Positions 30,813 to 40,489 of a stretch of 64,000 nucleotides of DNA are shown here, in pieces. The stretch comes from an uncultured Nitrospiraceae bacterium (GTDB lineage Bacteria; Nitrospirota; Thermodesulfovibrionia; Thermodesulfovibrionales; Dissulfurispiraceae): positions 1-64,000 of the forward strand of contig CAVPIW010000014.1 of assembly GCA_963705105.1 (NCBI GenBank). The letters run 5' to 3'. Under the pieces are notes generated by a model. It saw only the letters and a program-made list of their open reading frames with translations, ran no database searches and was not told the origin of the DNA. Positions within the stretch are counted from its first letter, which is position 1; each line of letters begins with the position of its first letter. The translations under genes were made by a program, and so were the position numbers.

Positions 30813-31316
30813 TTACTTCCTGTATTGGCTAAAGGTATAATCCTTGTCCTTCTGTGCCTCGTGACAATTGAAACAGCCTTTCACGGGATCGGTGACGACC
30901 CGCTCACGGGTGTCCGCCTTGAATCCCTCGAAGCCCCAACCGCCTGTGGCGGAGAACTTCTTCGGATCTTTCTGCATGACGCCGATGACCTTTCTCGATC
31001 CTTCCTCGATGGCGTTGTTATCGGCCTTCGCGTCGAGGAGGTCGAAAACAAGCACCGAGCCCTTGGCGAAGGGCTTTCCGGCTTTCATGGCTTTCAGGGC
31101 CTTGTCATTGGCATAAATATGGTGAATGCCGCCGAAGGACTCATGGAGCGGATGTCCCTGCTGTATCACCATGGACTTCACGTGGGTCCAGTCCCGATAG
31201 CCTTCGGGGTATTTCACCTGGGCCTTGTCCTTCTCTTTCGCATAAGCACTGCCGGTAATAATGAACACCGCACAGACAGCAACCGCAAGAACCGTAAACA
31301 CCATTCCCTTCTTCAT
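30813..31316 (-). CDS. Cytochrome P460-family protein, c'-beta-like
   Basis: YPEGYRDW, IHHIYAN, VMQKD, TGGWGF, C-terminal CFNCH; GSVLVFDL has Phe where P460 has the cross-linking Lys. Confidence 0.88.
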   Translation of the reverse strand: MKKGMVFTVLAVAVCAVFIITGSAYAKEKDKAQVKYPEGYRDWTHVKSMVIQQGHPLHESFGGIHHIYANDKALKAMKAGKPFAKGSVLVFDLLDAKADNNAIEEGSRKVIGVMQKDPKKFSATGGWGFEGFKADTRERVVTDPVKGCFNCHEAQKDKDYTFSQYRK

Positions 31317-31420
31317 ATCCTGACCTCCTCCTTTTTCTCTGTTTCCTTTCCCCCGCGGGAACCGCCGGGGACTCACCGCCTATTTTCATTTTAGCATGCT
31401 CTGCATGGACGGCAAAGGCC

Positions 31421-32404
31421 CTATCCGCCGATACGGGACATCGGTTTAGAAGGCATGAACGGCTCCTCCGCTGTGAACCGGTGCCCCTCGGGCTTCACCT
31501 GCACGGCGAGCCGCAAGAGCCGACCGATCTCCTCGTCCGGGCACCCGCCCCGGATCGCCGACTTCAGGTCTATCTCCGTTTCGGAAAAGAGACAGGGCCT
31601 GAGCTTCCCCTCAGAGGTGAGTCTCAGGCGGTTGCAGCTCCCACAGAAGTGGTGCGTCAGGGCGCTTATGAAGCCCACGACGCCCTCGGCGCCGGGGAGC
31701 CTGAAATACCGCGCAGGCCCGCACCGTCTCGCCTTCACCGCCTCGAGCGGCCCGATCGCCGATACCCTCTCCCTGATTTCCCCGGTGGCGATGGTACGGT
31801 CGCTGCTCCAGAAGCCGCTTGCGCCATTGGGCATGAACTCGATGAACCTCACATGAAAGGGCGTCGTCACCGTCAGCCGGGCGAACGTCTCCAGCTCATC
31901 GTCATTGAAGCCGCGGATCGGGATCATGTTTATCTTGATGGGGAAGAGACCCGCACTTCCGGCTTCTTCGATGCCGTCGAGCACGTCCTTGAGTTCGCCC
32001 CCCCGCGTAATCTCCCTGTACCGCTCCGGCTTCAGGGAATCGAGACTCACATTGACCCTTTTCAGGCCGGCAGCCGCAAGATCACGGACATGCCGCTTCA
32101 GCAAAAGACCGTTCGTCGTGAGACTGATGTCCTCGATCCCCTCTATGCCGGCGATGGACGAGACGAGACGGGCGAGGTTGGTCCTGACGAGCGGCTCGCC
32201 GCCTGTCAGCCTCACTTTTCTCACCCCCAGGCCTGCGGCGACCCTCACAACCCTGACAAGCTCTTCATAGGAGAGCACGTCGCCGTGCGTCAACGGCGTG
32301 ACCCCACCGAGCGGCATACAGTAGACACACCAGAGATTGCACCGGTCCGTCACGGAGATCCGCAGATAATCGATGACGCGGTCGTATGTATCCCTGACCG
32401 GCAT
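31421..32404 (-). CDS. moaA: GTP 3',8-cyclase MoaA
   Basis: YLRISVTDRCNLWCVYC, FCGSCNRLRL, PCL, C-terminal IGG. Confidence 0.96.
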   Translation of the reverse strand: MPVRDTYDRVIDYLRISVTDRCNLWCVYCMPLGGVTPLTHGDVLSYEELVRVVRVAAGLGVRKVRLTGGEPLVRTNLARLVSSIAGIEGIEDISLTTNGLLLKRHVRDLAAAGLKRVNVSLDSLKPERYREITRGGELKDVLDGIEEAGSAGLFPIKINMIPIRGFNDDELETFARLTVTTPFHVRFIEFMPNGASGFWSSDRTIATGEIRERVSAIGPLEAVKARRCGPARYFRLPGAEGVVGFISALTHHFCGSCNRLRLTSEGKLRPCLFSETEIDLKSAIRGGCPDEEIGRLLRLAVQVKPEGHRFTAEEPFMPSKPMSRIGG

Positions 32405-32415
32405 GGCTGCAGCCC

Positions 32416-33507
32416 CTACTTTCCGAAGGGGCAGACCGGGTATCTGCACTCCCTGCAATTGAGACAGAGGCCCCCGTGGCCGAGTTCCGACAGCTCCCGC
32501 CTGCCGAGCTTCTCTCCCGCCAGGATCCTCGGCAGGACCAGGTCGAAGACCGTCGTTTTGTGGTACATCCCGCAGGCAGGGATGCCGAGGACGGGAATGG
32601 ACGGGCCGTCGCCGTTGTTGCTTTTCGAGACATACGAGACGAGGAACATGGCCCCGGGCAGCGCCGCAGAACCGTACGTCATGTCACCGGCCCCGAGATT
32701 CCGGATGGCGAATCGGGTCACGTCATCGGGGTCCACGGACATCCCCCCCGTCGTGATCAGGAGGTCGGCGCCCGCCTCGATGAGCTCCCTCATCCGCTGC
32801 TCTATGTGCGCCTCATCGTCCGGCGCGTAGTAGACGCCTGCAATGTCGCCGTGGAACTGCTCGATCTTCGCCTTGATGATGGGAGCGAAGGCGTCCTTTA
32901 TCCTGCCGTAGTAGACTTCGTTTCCCGTGACCACGATCCCCGCCCGGGGCCTTCTCATCTCCCTGACCTCGATCGCCGGCAGGTTATAGCCGCGGGCGGC
33001 GCCGACGGCCTGATCGACGATCTGCCGCTTGACCACCAGGGGAATAGCCCTCGTCCCCGCCACCACCTGTCCCTTCGACACCACGGTGTTGTAGTGCAGA
33101 GAAGCGCACATCACCTCGCCGAGCATATTGAAGGCAAGGAGGGCCCGGCTGTTTATCTTGAGCAGGCCGTCCCGCGAGGCGACGATGTTTATCTTCCCCT
33201 CTTTCGGCTCGCCGCAGACCGCCACGCCTTCACCCATGAGGGCGCCGGCGAGCGCGTGGGCCGCGTGGTCCTCGTGCATCTCGTCATCACCCACGGTCAG
33301 CACGAAGAGACGCTCCTTCCCCAGCCTCTGGAGATGGCCGATGTCCTCCTCTCTCACGATGTGACCTTTCCGGAAGGCCCTGCCCTTGAACTCGTCCTTC
33401 CGGATCTCCGTCACGTCATGGGCCAGGACCATGCCGACAGCGCCCGTCACGGGCACTGTCATGACGCCTCTTCCGCTCCTGCTATGAGTGATCTCTATGT
33501 CACACAT
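32416..33507 (-). CDS. Molybdopterin-binding (MoeA/MogA-like) protein
   Basis: GMVLAHDVTEI, TGNEV, TTGGMSVDPDD, LPGAM, GHGGLCLNCRECRYPVCPFGK. Confidence 0.88.
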   Translation of the reverse strand: MCDIEITHSRSGRGVMTVPVTGAVGMVLAHDVTEIRKDEFKGRAFRKGHIVREEDIGHLQRLGKERLFVLTVGDDEMHEDHAAHALAGALMGEGVAVCGEPKEGKINIVASRDGLLKINSRALLAFNMLGEVMCASLHYNTVVSKGQVVAGTRAIPLVVKRQIVDQAVGAARGYNLPAIEVREMRRPRAGIVVTGNEVYYGRIKDAFAPIIKAKIEQFHGDIAGVYYAPDDEAHIEQRMRELIEAGADLLITTGGMSVDPDDVTRFAIRNLGAGDMTYGSAALPGAMFLVSYVSKSNNGDGPSIPVLGIPACGMYHKTTVFDLVLPRILAGEKLGRRELSELGHGGLCLNCRECRYPVCPFGK

Positions 33508-33706
33508 GGCTCGCTCCGCTCTGTTTTTCCTCTTCCGCCGGTTTTCCCTGGGCGTGCTCAATTTCTTCCTTCCCGGAGATCGCTTTGTTAAAGTCCCGTA
33601 TCGCCTGGCCGATGCCCTTGCCGAGCTCGGGGAGTTTCTTCGCGCCGAAGAGTACCATGATGATCACGAAGATGATGATGAGTTCCTGCATTCCCAATCC
33701 GACCAT
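33500..33706 (-). CDS. tatA: Twin-arginine translocase TatA/E
   Basis: GLGMQELIII...LFGAKKLPELGKGIGQAIRDF. Confidence 0.93.
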   Translation of the reverse strand: MVGLGMQELIIIFVIIMVLFGAKKLPELGKGIGQAIRDFNKAISGKEEIEHAQGKPAEEEKQSGASHV

Positions 33707-33750
33707 GCTCCTTCACCTCCTGTCAGCCTGTCGGCTTCTTCGAACCCTTC

Positions 33751-34452
33751 TTACGTCGCCGAGTCCTTCAATAATGCACCGACAAAAACAAACTCCGAGA
33801 GAACAATCCGCGAAGCAATCCTGCCGAGATCGGCAAAGAAAGGAAGTCTTGACGACTTTCCGAGCTTGTCGCTGAAATCAGGCAGCCAATTGATCATGTG
33901 GCGCTCAAGGAAATCTTTCTGTGCCAAAACGTATCCCTTCAGGAGATCGCCGGCGCCCTCCTCCCTCGCCTGGGCCTCCTTGAACGTGAGAAAGTGGAGG
34001 AACTCGAGTTCCGCAGAGAGGTTGTCAGGGAGATCGCGTTTGCCCTCTTCCTGGTTCATGTTCAGGCCGAAGTGCTTATAGAACTCGCTCACCTCTATCA
34101 TGAGGCCCGTCCTCTCCACACCCTTGCGATGAAGGCCCTCATAGGGCGGGCAGGGCGGCTCCGGAGCACCCACGTCAAAGGTCTGCGTGTACGCCACCTC
34201 GAAATCCCGAAAGGTCATCCCTTTCAGGTCCTTCCTGACCTCGTCGACCAGCCCCGCCTCTTCATCAACGATACCCTCAAGGTGAGGGATGGAAGTCATG
34301 CCATCAAACAGCTCCGACAGGAACTCACCGCTTTTGTAAAGCTCAAAGATCTCCTGAGCAGGATACCGGAATACAAGAGAAAGCATCCTGTATATCGTGC
34401 TTCTGAGAGTGGGGTCCGCCTGGGTAACCGGCACAACCGATGGTTGAAGCAT
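33751..34452 (-). CDS. TorD/NarJ-like private chaperone (delta subunit) of the type II DMSO-reductase-family enzyme
   Basis: FDVG..CPPYEG, FYKHFGL, LPDNLSAELEFLHFL, DFLERH. Confidence 0.9.
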   Translation of the reverse strand: MLQPSVVPVTQADPTLRSTIYRMLSLVFRYPAQEIFELYKSGEFLSELFDGMTSIPHLEGIVDEEAGLVDEVRKDLKGMTFRDFEVAYTQTFDVGAPEPPCPPYEGLHRKGVERTGLMIEVSEFYKHFGLNMNQEEGKRDLPDNLSAELEFLHFLTFKEAQAREEGAGDLLKGYVLAQKDFLERHMINWLPDFSDKLGKSSRLPFFADLGRIASRIVLSEFVFVGALLKDSAT

Positions 34453-34682
34453 CTTTCCCTCCGTGTCAATTTCATTTTCATTTGAAAATCAACGTCTCAT
34501 CTACAGCTCGCTGCATGCTGCCCGCCTTGTGAGGAGGAAGGGGGCTGATCATCACCCTTCCGAGGACCAGGGTCCAGACGCCGTTGAACGGCCAGCGGCA
34601 CCACCGTCCCTGAGCATTGATTCATTCCGTGGCGCCCGGATGCCGGCGGCGGAAGAGAGCACCCTCTGCGACGCCTACCTCC

Positions 34683-35134
34683 CTATGCAAAGTCGGGCTC
34701 ACCGTATCCTTTTCCGGGTAATACCCCCTGTGACATGGCTGGGTCGGGAAGAGGGGGTATGACGCACCGGCCTCCCTCACAGACCGTTCTCAATGCGGCG
34801 GCCAGGTCCTCGGCTACGGACTGCTTCGCCACGTAACCGGACGCCCCCGCTTCCAATGACCTGACGGCGTATTCCCTGTCGGGATTGAGGGCGGTGACGA
34901 CGACGGGAAGCCGGGGCCGGAGGGCCTTGATTTCCTTCAACAGGTCGAATCCTTTTCCGCCGGCAAGCCGCAGATCGAGCACCACCGCATCATAATGATC
35001 CTTCCACACCTTGCTGTATACCTCGTCGCTGCTGCCCGCCTCCCCTGTCACCGTGATGTAGCGACACTCGCAATTCATCATATCATGTATCTGCCTGATC
35101 CTGCATGGCCATCACAGACGAGAACCCGGATCAT
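34683..35134 (-). pseudogene. Receiver-only NarL-type response regulator, frameshifted near 35100
   Basis: RBS plus MIRVLVCDGH at 35134, then VTGEA...VVLDLRL...AGASGYVAK in another frame; no HTH. Confidence 0.7.
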
Positions 35135-35172
35135 GCCGCCTCCTCTGTTTCGGATCGGGCTGCTGAGCGTTA

Positions 35173-35385
35173 ACCTTGCTGTGCGTGAAAGGAGGGACAA
35201 AGTGCCTCAAAGCCTTGCTGATAGGGAGGATGATCATTTTATTATGGGCAGTCGGTATTCCTTCCGGCCTGTCAGCAAAAGTTGGCCTGAAATGATCCTC
35301 ATGGGAAGGCAAAGGTTTCGCAGCACCACGGCTTTTCGGCATCTTCGTCCCTCCTTTCCGGAGTCTCTTGTTGCAGCGATACAGT
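35173..35385. repeat. Family-1 divergent copy inside the oxidoreductase cluster
   Basis: acctt...gaaaggagggac...gcctcaaagccttgctga...ggtttcgcagcacc...gcttttcggc...gtccctcctttc; same length as other copies. Confidence 0.8.
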
Positions 35386-35532
35386 CAACGTTGCGTACAT
35401 CCTCTTACGGGACATCATTGCAACCGTATCGGGAAATGAGTTGCAGGGGCCGTTCCCCGGGCGGACCGACATCGGTGATGCGGTCTGCTCGGGGGTGAGG
35501 CCCCCAACGATCAATCTTCCATAAGGCCGCTC

Positions 35533-36318
35533 CTATTGAATGGACAGGATCTGCCAGCTTCCTGCGACCATCTTGACGCCGTTCCTCTCCTCCTGTGCCC
35601 CGTCCCACTGCCCGAAGCAGATGCGGTAGGACTTCGCCCGTGCAAGAGTCACCATGTTGCCCGGAGCCTGGGGCGGATTTTGGGTATCGACGGCCGGACC
35701 CAGCATCGGCCTCTTCATGATCACAATCCAGGACGTGCCGACCCTTGTTTGGGAGTGCGTTATCCCCCGCAGGGCCGAATCTGCGCTCGTCTGCACCGTG
35801 CCGGTGCCGCCGGCGACGATGTTCTGGATCTGCCCGAATGTTCCGGCAGGAGATCCCACCGGGGTGTTCGCCCGCCAGAAGATGATGTTCACCGGCTCGC
35901 GCTGGTTGCCCATCGCCACGGTGGAAGGGGTTATAAAGGGAATTTCCATGGCAACGGCGTCGGCGAAGGTCGGCGCGTCGGCGACGCTGTCGTTCGTCGT
36001 GGCGTCCGTCCACTCGTAGCGGAAAAAGATATCCGTGCCGTTATTGATGGACTTCACCTTCAGGAACCGCCACTTGGACGACGGCAGCAGTTGGGGGACG
36101 CCCGCCGGCCCGATGAGCGAGTCGAGGGTGACCGTCATCTGCGTGGCCTGCGTCCAGGCGGGATCTGCCGGGCTCAGGCCGTTCGGTATGCTCGCAACGA
36201 ACCTCGACGTTATCGTGACGGATGCTCCCTCAGCCTGATAGACAACCGGCAGGACAAGGGCCGTCAGGACGAGCGCCAGAATCAGGTATCTGTAGATGTT
36301 GACAAGTCTCAGTTTCAT
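35533..36318 (-). CDS. Heme b gamma subunit (EbdC/SerC-like) of type II DMSO-reductase-family enzyme
   Basis: N-terminal hydrophobic helix; FFRYEWTD, FADAVAMEIP, AMG...PVNIIFWRA, WDGAQEERNGVK (Met/Lys heme ligands). Confidence 0.88.
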   Translation of the reverse strand: MKLRLVNIYRYLILALVLTALVLPVVYQAEGASVTITSRFVASIPNGLSPADPAWTQATQMTVTLDSLIGPAGVPQLLPSSKWRFLKVKSINNGTDIFFRYEWTDATTNDSVADAPTFADAVAMEIPFITPSTVAMGNQREPVNIIFWRANTPVGSPAGTFGQIQNIVAGGTGTVQTSADSALRGITHSQTRVGTSWIVIMKRPMLGPAVDTQNPPQAPGNMVTLARAKSYRICFGQWDGAQEERNGVKMVAGSWQILSIQ

Positions 36319-36334
36319 GTTCACCTCCCGTCCC

Positions 36335-37449
36335 TTAGACCTGTATCCGGTCAGCTTCGGAGTACGATGTGAGGATGTCGACCAGCGGCGAAGGCTGGCC
36401 GGAGGCAGCAATCGCTCTTTCGGATTCGATGAGGGTGAAGATCTGCGTGATTCTCGTTTCCCTCTGGGCCTGAGTTTGTGCGCAGGTATCGCCGAACATC
36501 TTCGCAAGCGTCGCGACGGGGATGCGCTTCGCAGTGCCTCCGTTGACCGGCGGGCTCAGCGGCGGGATGTAGAACGTGTTCGGCGTTGTCCCGAACTCGG
36601 GATGGAGCCGCAGGGCCACCTGGTACTGATCGACGAGCCTGTTCACGTTATAACGCAGATTGTCCGCATGGGCAGGGCCCTTGGCAGGTTCATAGTACCC
36701 CACCCACCGGATGCGGCCCACGCACTGGGTGACACAGAAATTTCCGCCCCGGCGAGCGGCGAACTGCTCCGCCGTCTCTCCCGCCCGCTGCGGTTCGAGC
36801 CTGGGATAGCAGAAAATGCACTTCTGGGACTGCTCCTCCGCGGGGTTCCAGTACACCTTCTTGTAAGGACACGCCTTGACGCAGTGGCGGTAGCCCCTGC
36901 AGCGGTTCTGGTCGACCAGGACAATCCCGTCTTCCTGCCTCTTGTAGATGGCCTTCCGCGTACAGGCAGCCATGCAGGCCGGGTTGCTGCAGTGGTTGCA
37001 GATACGGGGCAGGTAGAAGTAGTAGGAGTTGGGGAAGGTCCCCACGCCCACATCCTCGTCCCAGTTGCTCGAGTAGTTGTTCGGGGTGTCAGGCGCCGGC
37101 GACGGGACGATCATGCCGGCAGTCGCGGGGTTCGGAACTCCGGGAGTGACCTCCCCTGTCCCGAAAGCCTGCTCGTACCCATACTCCCAGGGCGCCCGTA
37201 ATCCTTGTTAATGGACGGCATTGTGGAACTCTTGACCGTCGTGCCGCATCCTGTGAATCCGCCTCCCAGCGTCTCCCAGTTCTTCGGGTAGCCCCTGCCC
37301 GGCTGGCTTTCCACGTTGTTCCAGTACATGTACATCTGTCCCTGGTTGCGGTCCGTCCAGACGCTCTTGCAGGCGCTGGTGCAGGTCTGGCAGCCAAGGC
37401 ATTTATTCAGGTCGAAGACCATACGCACTTGTTTCTGTATTACAGCCAT
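36335..37449 (-). CDS. Fe-S beta subunit (NarH/EbdB-like), split by an apparent 1-nt deletion near 37195
   Basis: DLNKCLGCQTCTSAC, CNHCSNPACMAAC, CRGYRHCVKACP, KCIFC, CVTQCVGR; restoring one G in tacGGGcgccctgg gives DYGAPWEYGY and joins the two ORFs. Confidence 0.9.
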
Positions 37450-37493
37450 AATAGCCTCCTATAGAATCCGCCCGATGTTTCGAGACGGGCGCA

Positions 37494-40415
37494 TTACGGG
37501 AAAGTCCCTGTGTATTTCCGGACCTGTACGCGAGTGTCCTTCTGGTTTCCCGTAGGACCCCAGTAGTTGAGCCTGAACCGCACATGGCCGTATCCGCCGA
37601 TGAGCTGCGTCGGCTTGATGCGGATCGTGCAGGGGCTCTGCCAGCCATTATCGAGCGGCCTGGGACCCGTCAGCGCATTCTTGAGCATGTACGACTCCCA
37701 GCCGTGGTACATCTGTGCCATGCCGTTGGGCATCCTCGGCGAGATGCAGAGGTGCGCCACCAGGCTCCCGTGGCCGTTGAAGACCTCCACGGGATCGTTG
37801 TCCAGGAGTCTTCTGGATGACGCGTCCGCCGGGCTTAGATAGACGATGGGACGCCCTCTCTGCATGCGGAGCTGGAACTTGCAGTCGCGATAGGTGGAGT
37901 GGATGGACCAGCGGCCGTGGGGGGTGATCCAGCGGAGAGGAAAGGCGTCCACATCCACCGGCGGCTTGTAGACCGGCAGCTCTTCGTGAAACTCGTTCAG
38001 GAACCAGTCCTGGTCGATGTAGAACTGCTGGCGCCCGACCAGGGTGGTGAGAGGACGGAGGTGCTCCGTCATCCTCTGAAAGGCGAAATAGGCCTCATTC
38101 GGCAGCATGTCGCTCGTCCATTCCTCGCTGGTCTGTGCGAGGCGCGCAGGCTGCGCCGCGATCCCGTCCATGGTCAGCCCGGCGAACTCCGGGGAGTTGT
38201 TCAGCAGGAACTGGCAGGCAACTTTGTCGTCTGTCAGATTCTGACCGTCTGTGTTGAAGGTTCTGAAGTCAGTCCCCAGGGTGGAGAAGTCTCTGGTTAT
38301 GGTTGTTCCATCAGGAACCGCGTCACTGAAGGAGATCCCCGAAGCCGCAAGCGCGTCCGCAAGGGACTGCCATATCTGCCAGTCGGTCCTGCTGTCGAAC
38401 TGGGGAGGGATGACCGGCGTCATGGGGATGACGTAGGAGTGGAGGTCCGTCGTGTTGATGTTCCACATCTCGAACCAGCTCGCCGCGGGCAGCACCACAT
38501 CGGCATAGAGGGCCGTCGTGTCCATACGGAAGTTCAGGTCCACGATGAGGTCCAGCTTCGGCCAGAGCTTCGTGTAGACATCGAGGAAACTCTTCGCCTG
38601 GTTCAAATAGTTCGCTCCCCATACGAACATCACCTTGGGGTCTCTCGTGAAGTTGAGCGTCCCGTCGGTATTGAGGGTGAGCGTCTTGGTGGGGTCTATC
38701 GTGTATCCTGAAGGCCTCATTGTCCCTCTGATATCGGGCCAGAGCGGCATCCACCTGTTGTTGACGCTGTCCACGATGTACTGGTTGATGCTCCTCGGCC
38801 AGAGGCCGTCGACGTCAGACGTCACGTCGGCGTGCGTATATGTCCAGATGGTCGTGTTCTGGAACCTCTGCTTCGGACGGCCAAGGGGGAAGGAGAGCCT
38901 GAAGAACCTCTCCTCTGCCCAAAGCTTTTCCTGGCCGACGTAATGATCGAAACCGCCTCCGGGCTTCCCGACGTTCCCTGTCAGGGCGACGAGGAGGATC
39001 TGGGCCCGGTTGATGAGGTCGTTGTGGTAGTAATGGTTCGTCCCGGCGCTCTCGATGATGCGGGCCGGTCTGGCCGCGGCGAACTCCTGGGCGAGGCGGG
39101 TGATCACGGGGGCGCTGACGCCCGTAACTCCGGCCATGAGTGACGGCGTGTGGGCGGCGAGCTTCGTCCTGAGCAGGGAGAAAACCGTCGTGACGGGAAT
39201 ACCGTTGACGGTGAATGTCCCTTCCAGGGCAGGACTGATCGCGCCCAGGTTGAGCTTGCCGTTGACGGGCGCGCCCTCGCTGAGCGTGCCGGGCGCCAGT
39301 ACCGCTGCGCCGGTCGCTGTGTCCCAGACGTAGAACTTTTCGGCGCTTCCACCCGTCACGACATCAGCCTCACGCAGGAACCTGCCGAATCCCGCGCCCG
39401 CATCCGTGCGCACCAGGAAGGGCATATCGGTGAACTGCTTGACATAGGCCTCATCCATCAGCCCCGGAGTGTTCACTATCACGTTCGCCATGGCGAGGCA
39501 GAGCGCGCCGTCAGTGCCGGGTCTTATGGCGATGAACTCGTCGGCATGGATGGATGTGGGGTTATACTCCGGCGAGACAACGACGATCTTCGTGCCGTTC
39601 ATCCGCGCTTCAGTCATATAGTGAGCGTCGGGGATGCGCGTCTACAGCAGGTTGGCGCTCATGAGCATGATGTACTTCGAGTTGAACCAGTCCGCGGCCT
39701 CGCAGGCGTCGGTCTGCACGCCCCAGGTGAGAGGCTCGCCGGGAGGGTTATCGCAGTACCAGTCGTAGAAGCTGCAGACCACCCCGCCGATGAGGTTCGC
39801 CAGCCTGAAGCCGCCGGCCAGGGTGAGATGATGTTTCGCGGGGATAGCAGCGTAAAAGGTCACTGTGTCGGGTCTAAAGTTCTGGATGGCACTGGCCATA
39901 CCGTTGACCCCGATTGCAGGGTCACCGTTGACGATGACACCCATGGCCTCAGCCCAGGTCGCCCTGCGCCACTTGCTCTCTCCCCTTGCCCCGACGCGGA
40001 TCAGGGGATACTTCGGCCGCTGGGGTCCATAAATGTATTCCTTGAAGTGTGCGCCCTTCTGGCATCCCCTCGGGTTGATCGTGGGGAGGGCCGGAAAAGC
40101 TGGATTGTAACCGGGACGGCTCGGGCTGTTTATGTCGGGGTAGTCGGCGAACTGCTCTTCCTTGAAGAGGATGCCGTTCTTGACGTAGCTCTTCCAGGTG
40201 CAGGAGCCGGTGCAGTTGATGCCGTGGGTGCTGCGGCCGAAGGAGTCGAAACTCCACTGGTCCCGGTACAGCGTCTCCCATCCCCGGTAGGGGTAGGCCC
40301 CGAGCGGGTCCAGGACCGGCCGCAACAGGTAGAGGGCGAAGGCATCGGTCGCCGCGAGGGTCCCCGCCGTCACCACCGCCCCTTTAAGAAAATCGCGTCG
40401 TGTTATTTTTTTCAT
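37494..40415 (-). CDS. Mo-bisPGD catalytic alpha subunit, Tat-exported NarG-like type II DMSO-reductase family; one in-frame TAG at 39642-39644
   Basis: TRRDFLK Tat motif; [10 protein letters not shown]...NPRGCQKG (FS0); SFYDWYCD (Asp ligand); [28 protein letters not shown]. Confidence 0.92.
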
Positions 40416-40432
40416 CGTATTCCTCCATTGCC

Positions 40433-40478
40433 CCCCTGCCCTTCCCTCCCCCCGAAGGGAGAGGGAAGAGCGAAGGGG
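40433..40478 (-). other. Intercistronic stable hairpin with cUUCGg loop on the coding strand
   Basis: Minus strand reads cttccctctccc-ttcg-gggggagggaag between the cytochrome and alpha genes. Confidence 0.6.
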
Positions 40479-40489
40479 CGTAGGCGTCG

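Noticed and set aside
29901..39644. Genome-wide TAG recoding or pyrrolysine suggested by in-frame TAG codons
   Set aside because: TAG ends ordinary genes here (moaA right after its conserved GG, dapA, the MFS gene, patatin); the two sites appear to need different residues; no pyl genes in the window
37494..40415. Naming alpha as narG, nxrA, pcrA or serA
   Set aside because: Motifs define the type II DMSO-reductase family but cannot fix the substrate or direction without phylogeny
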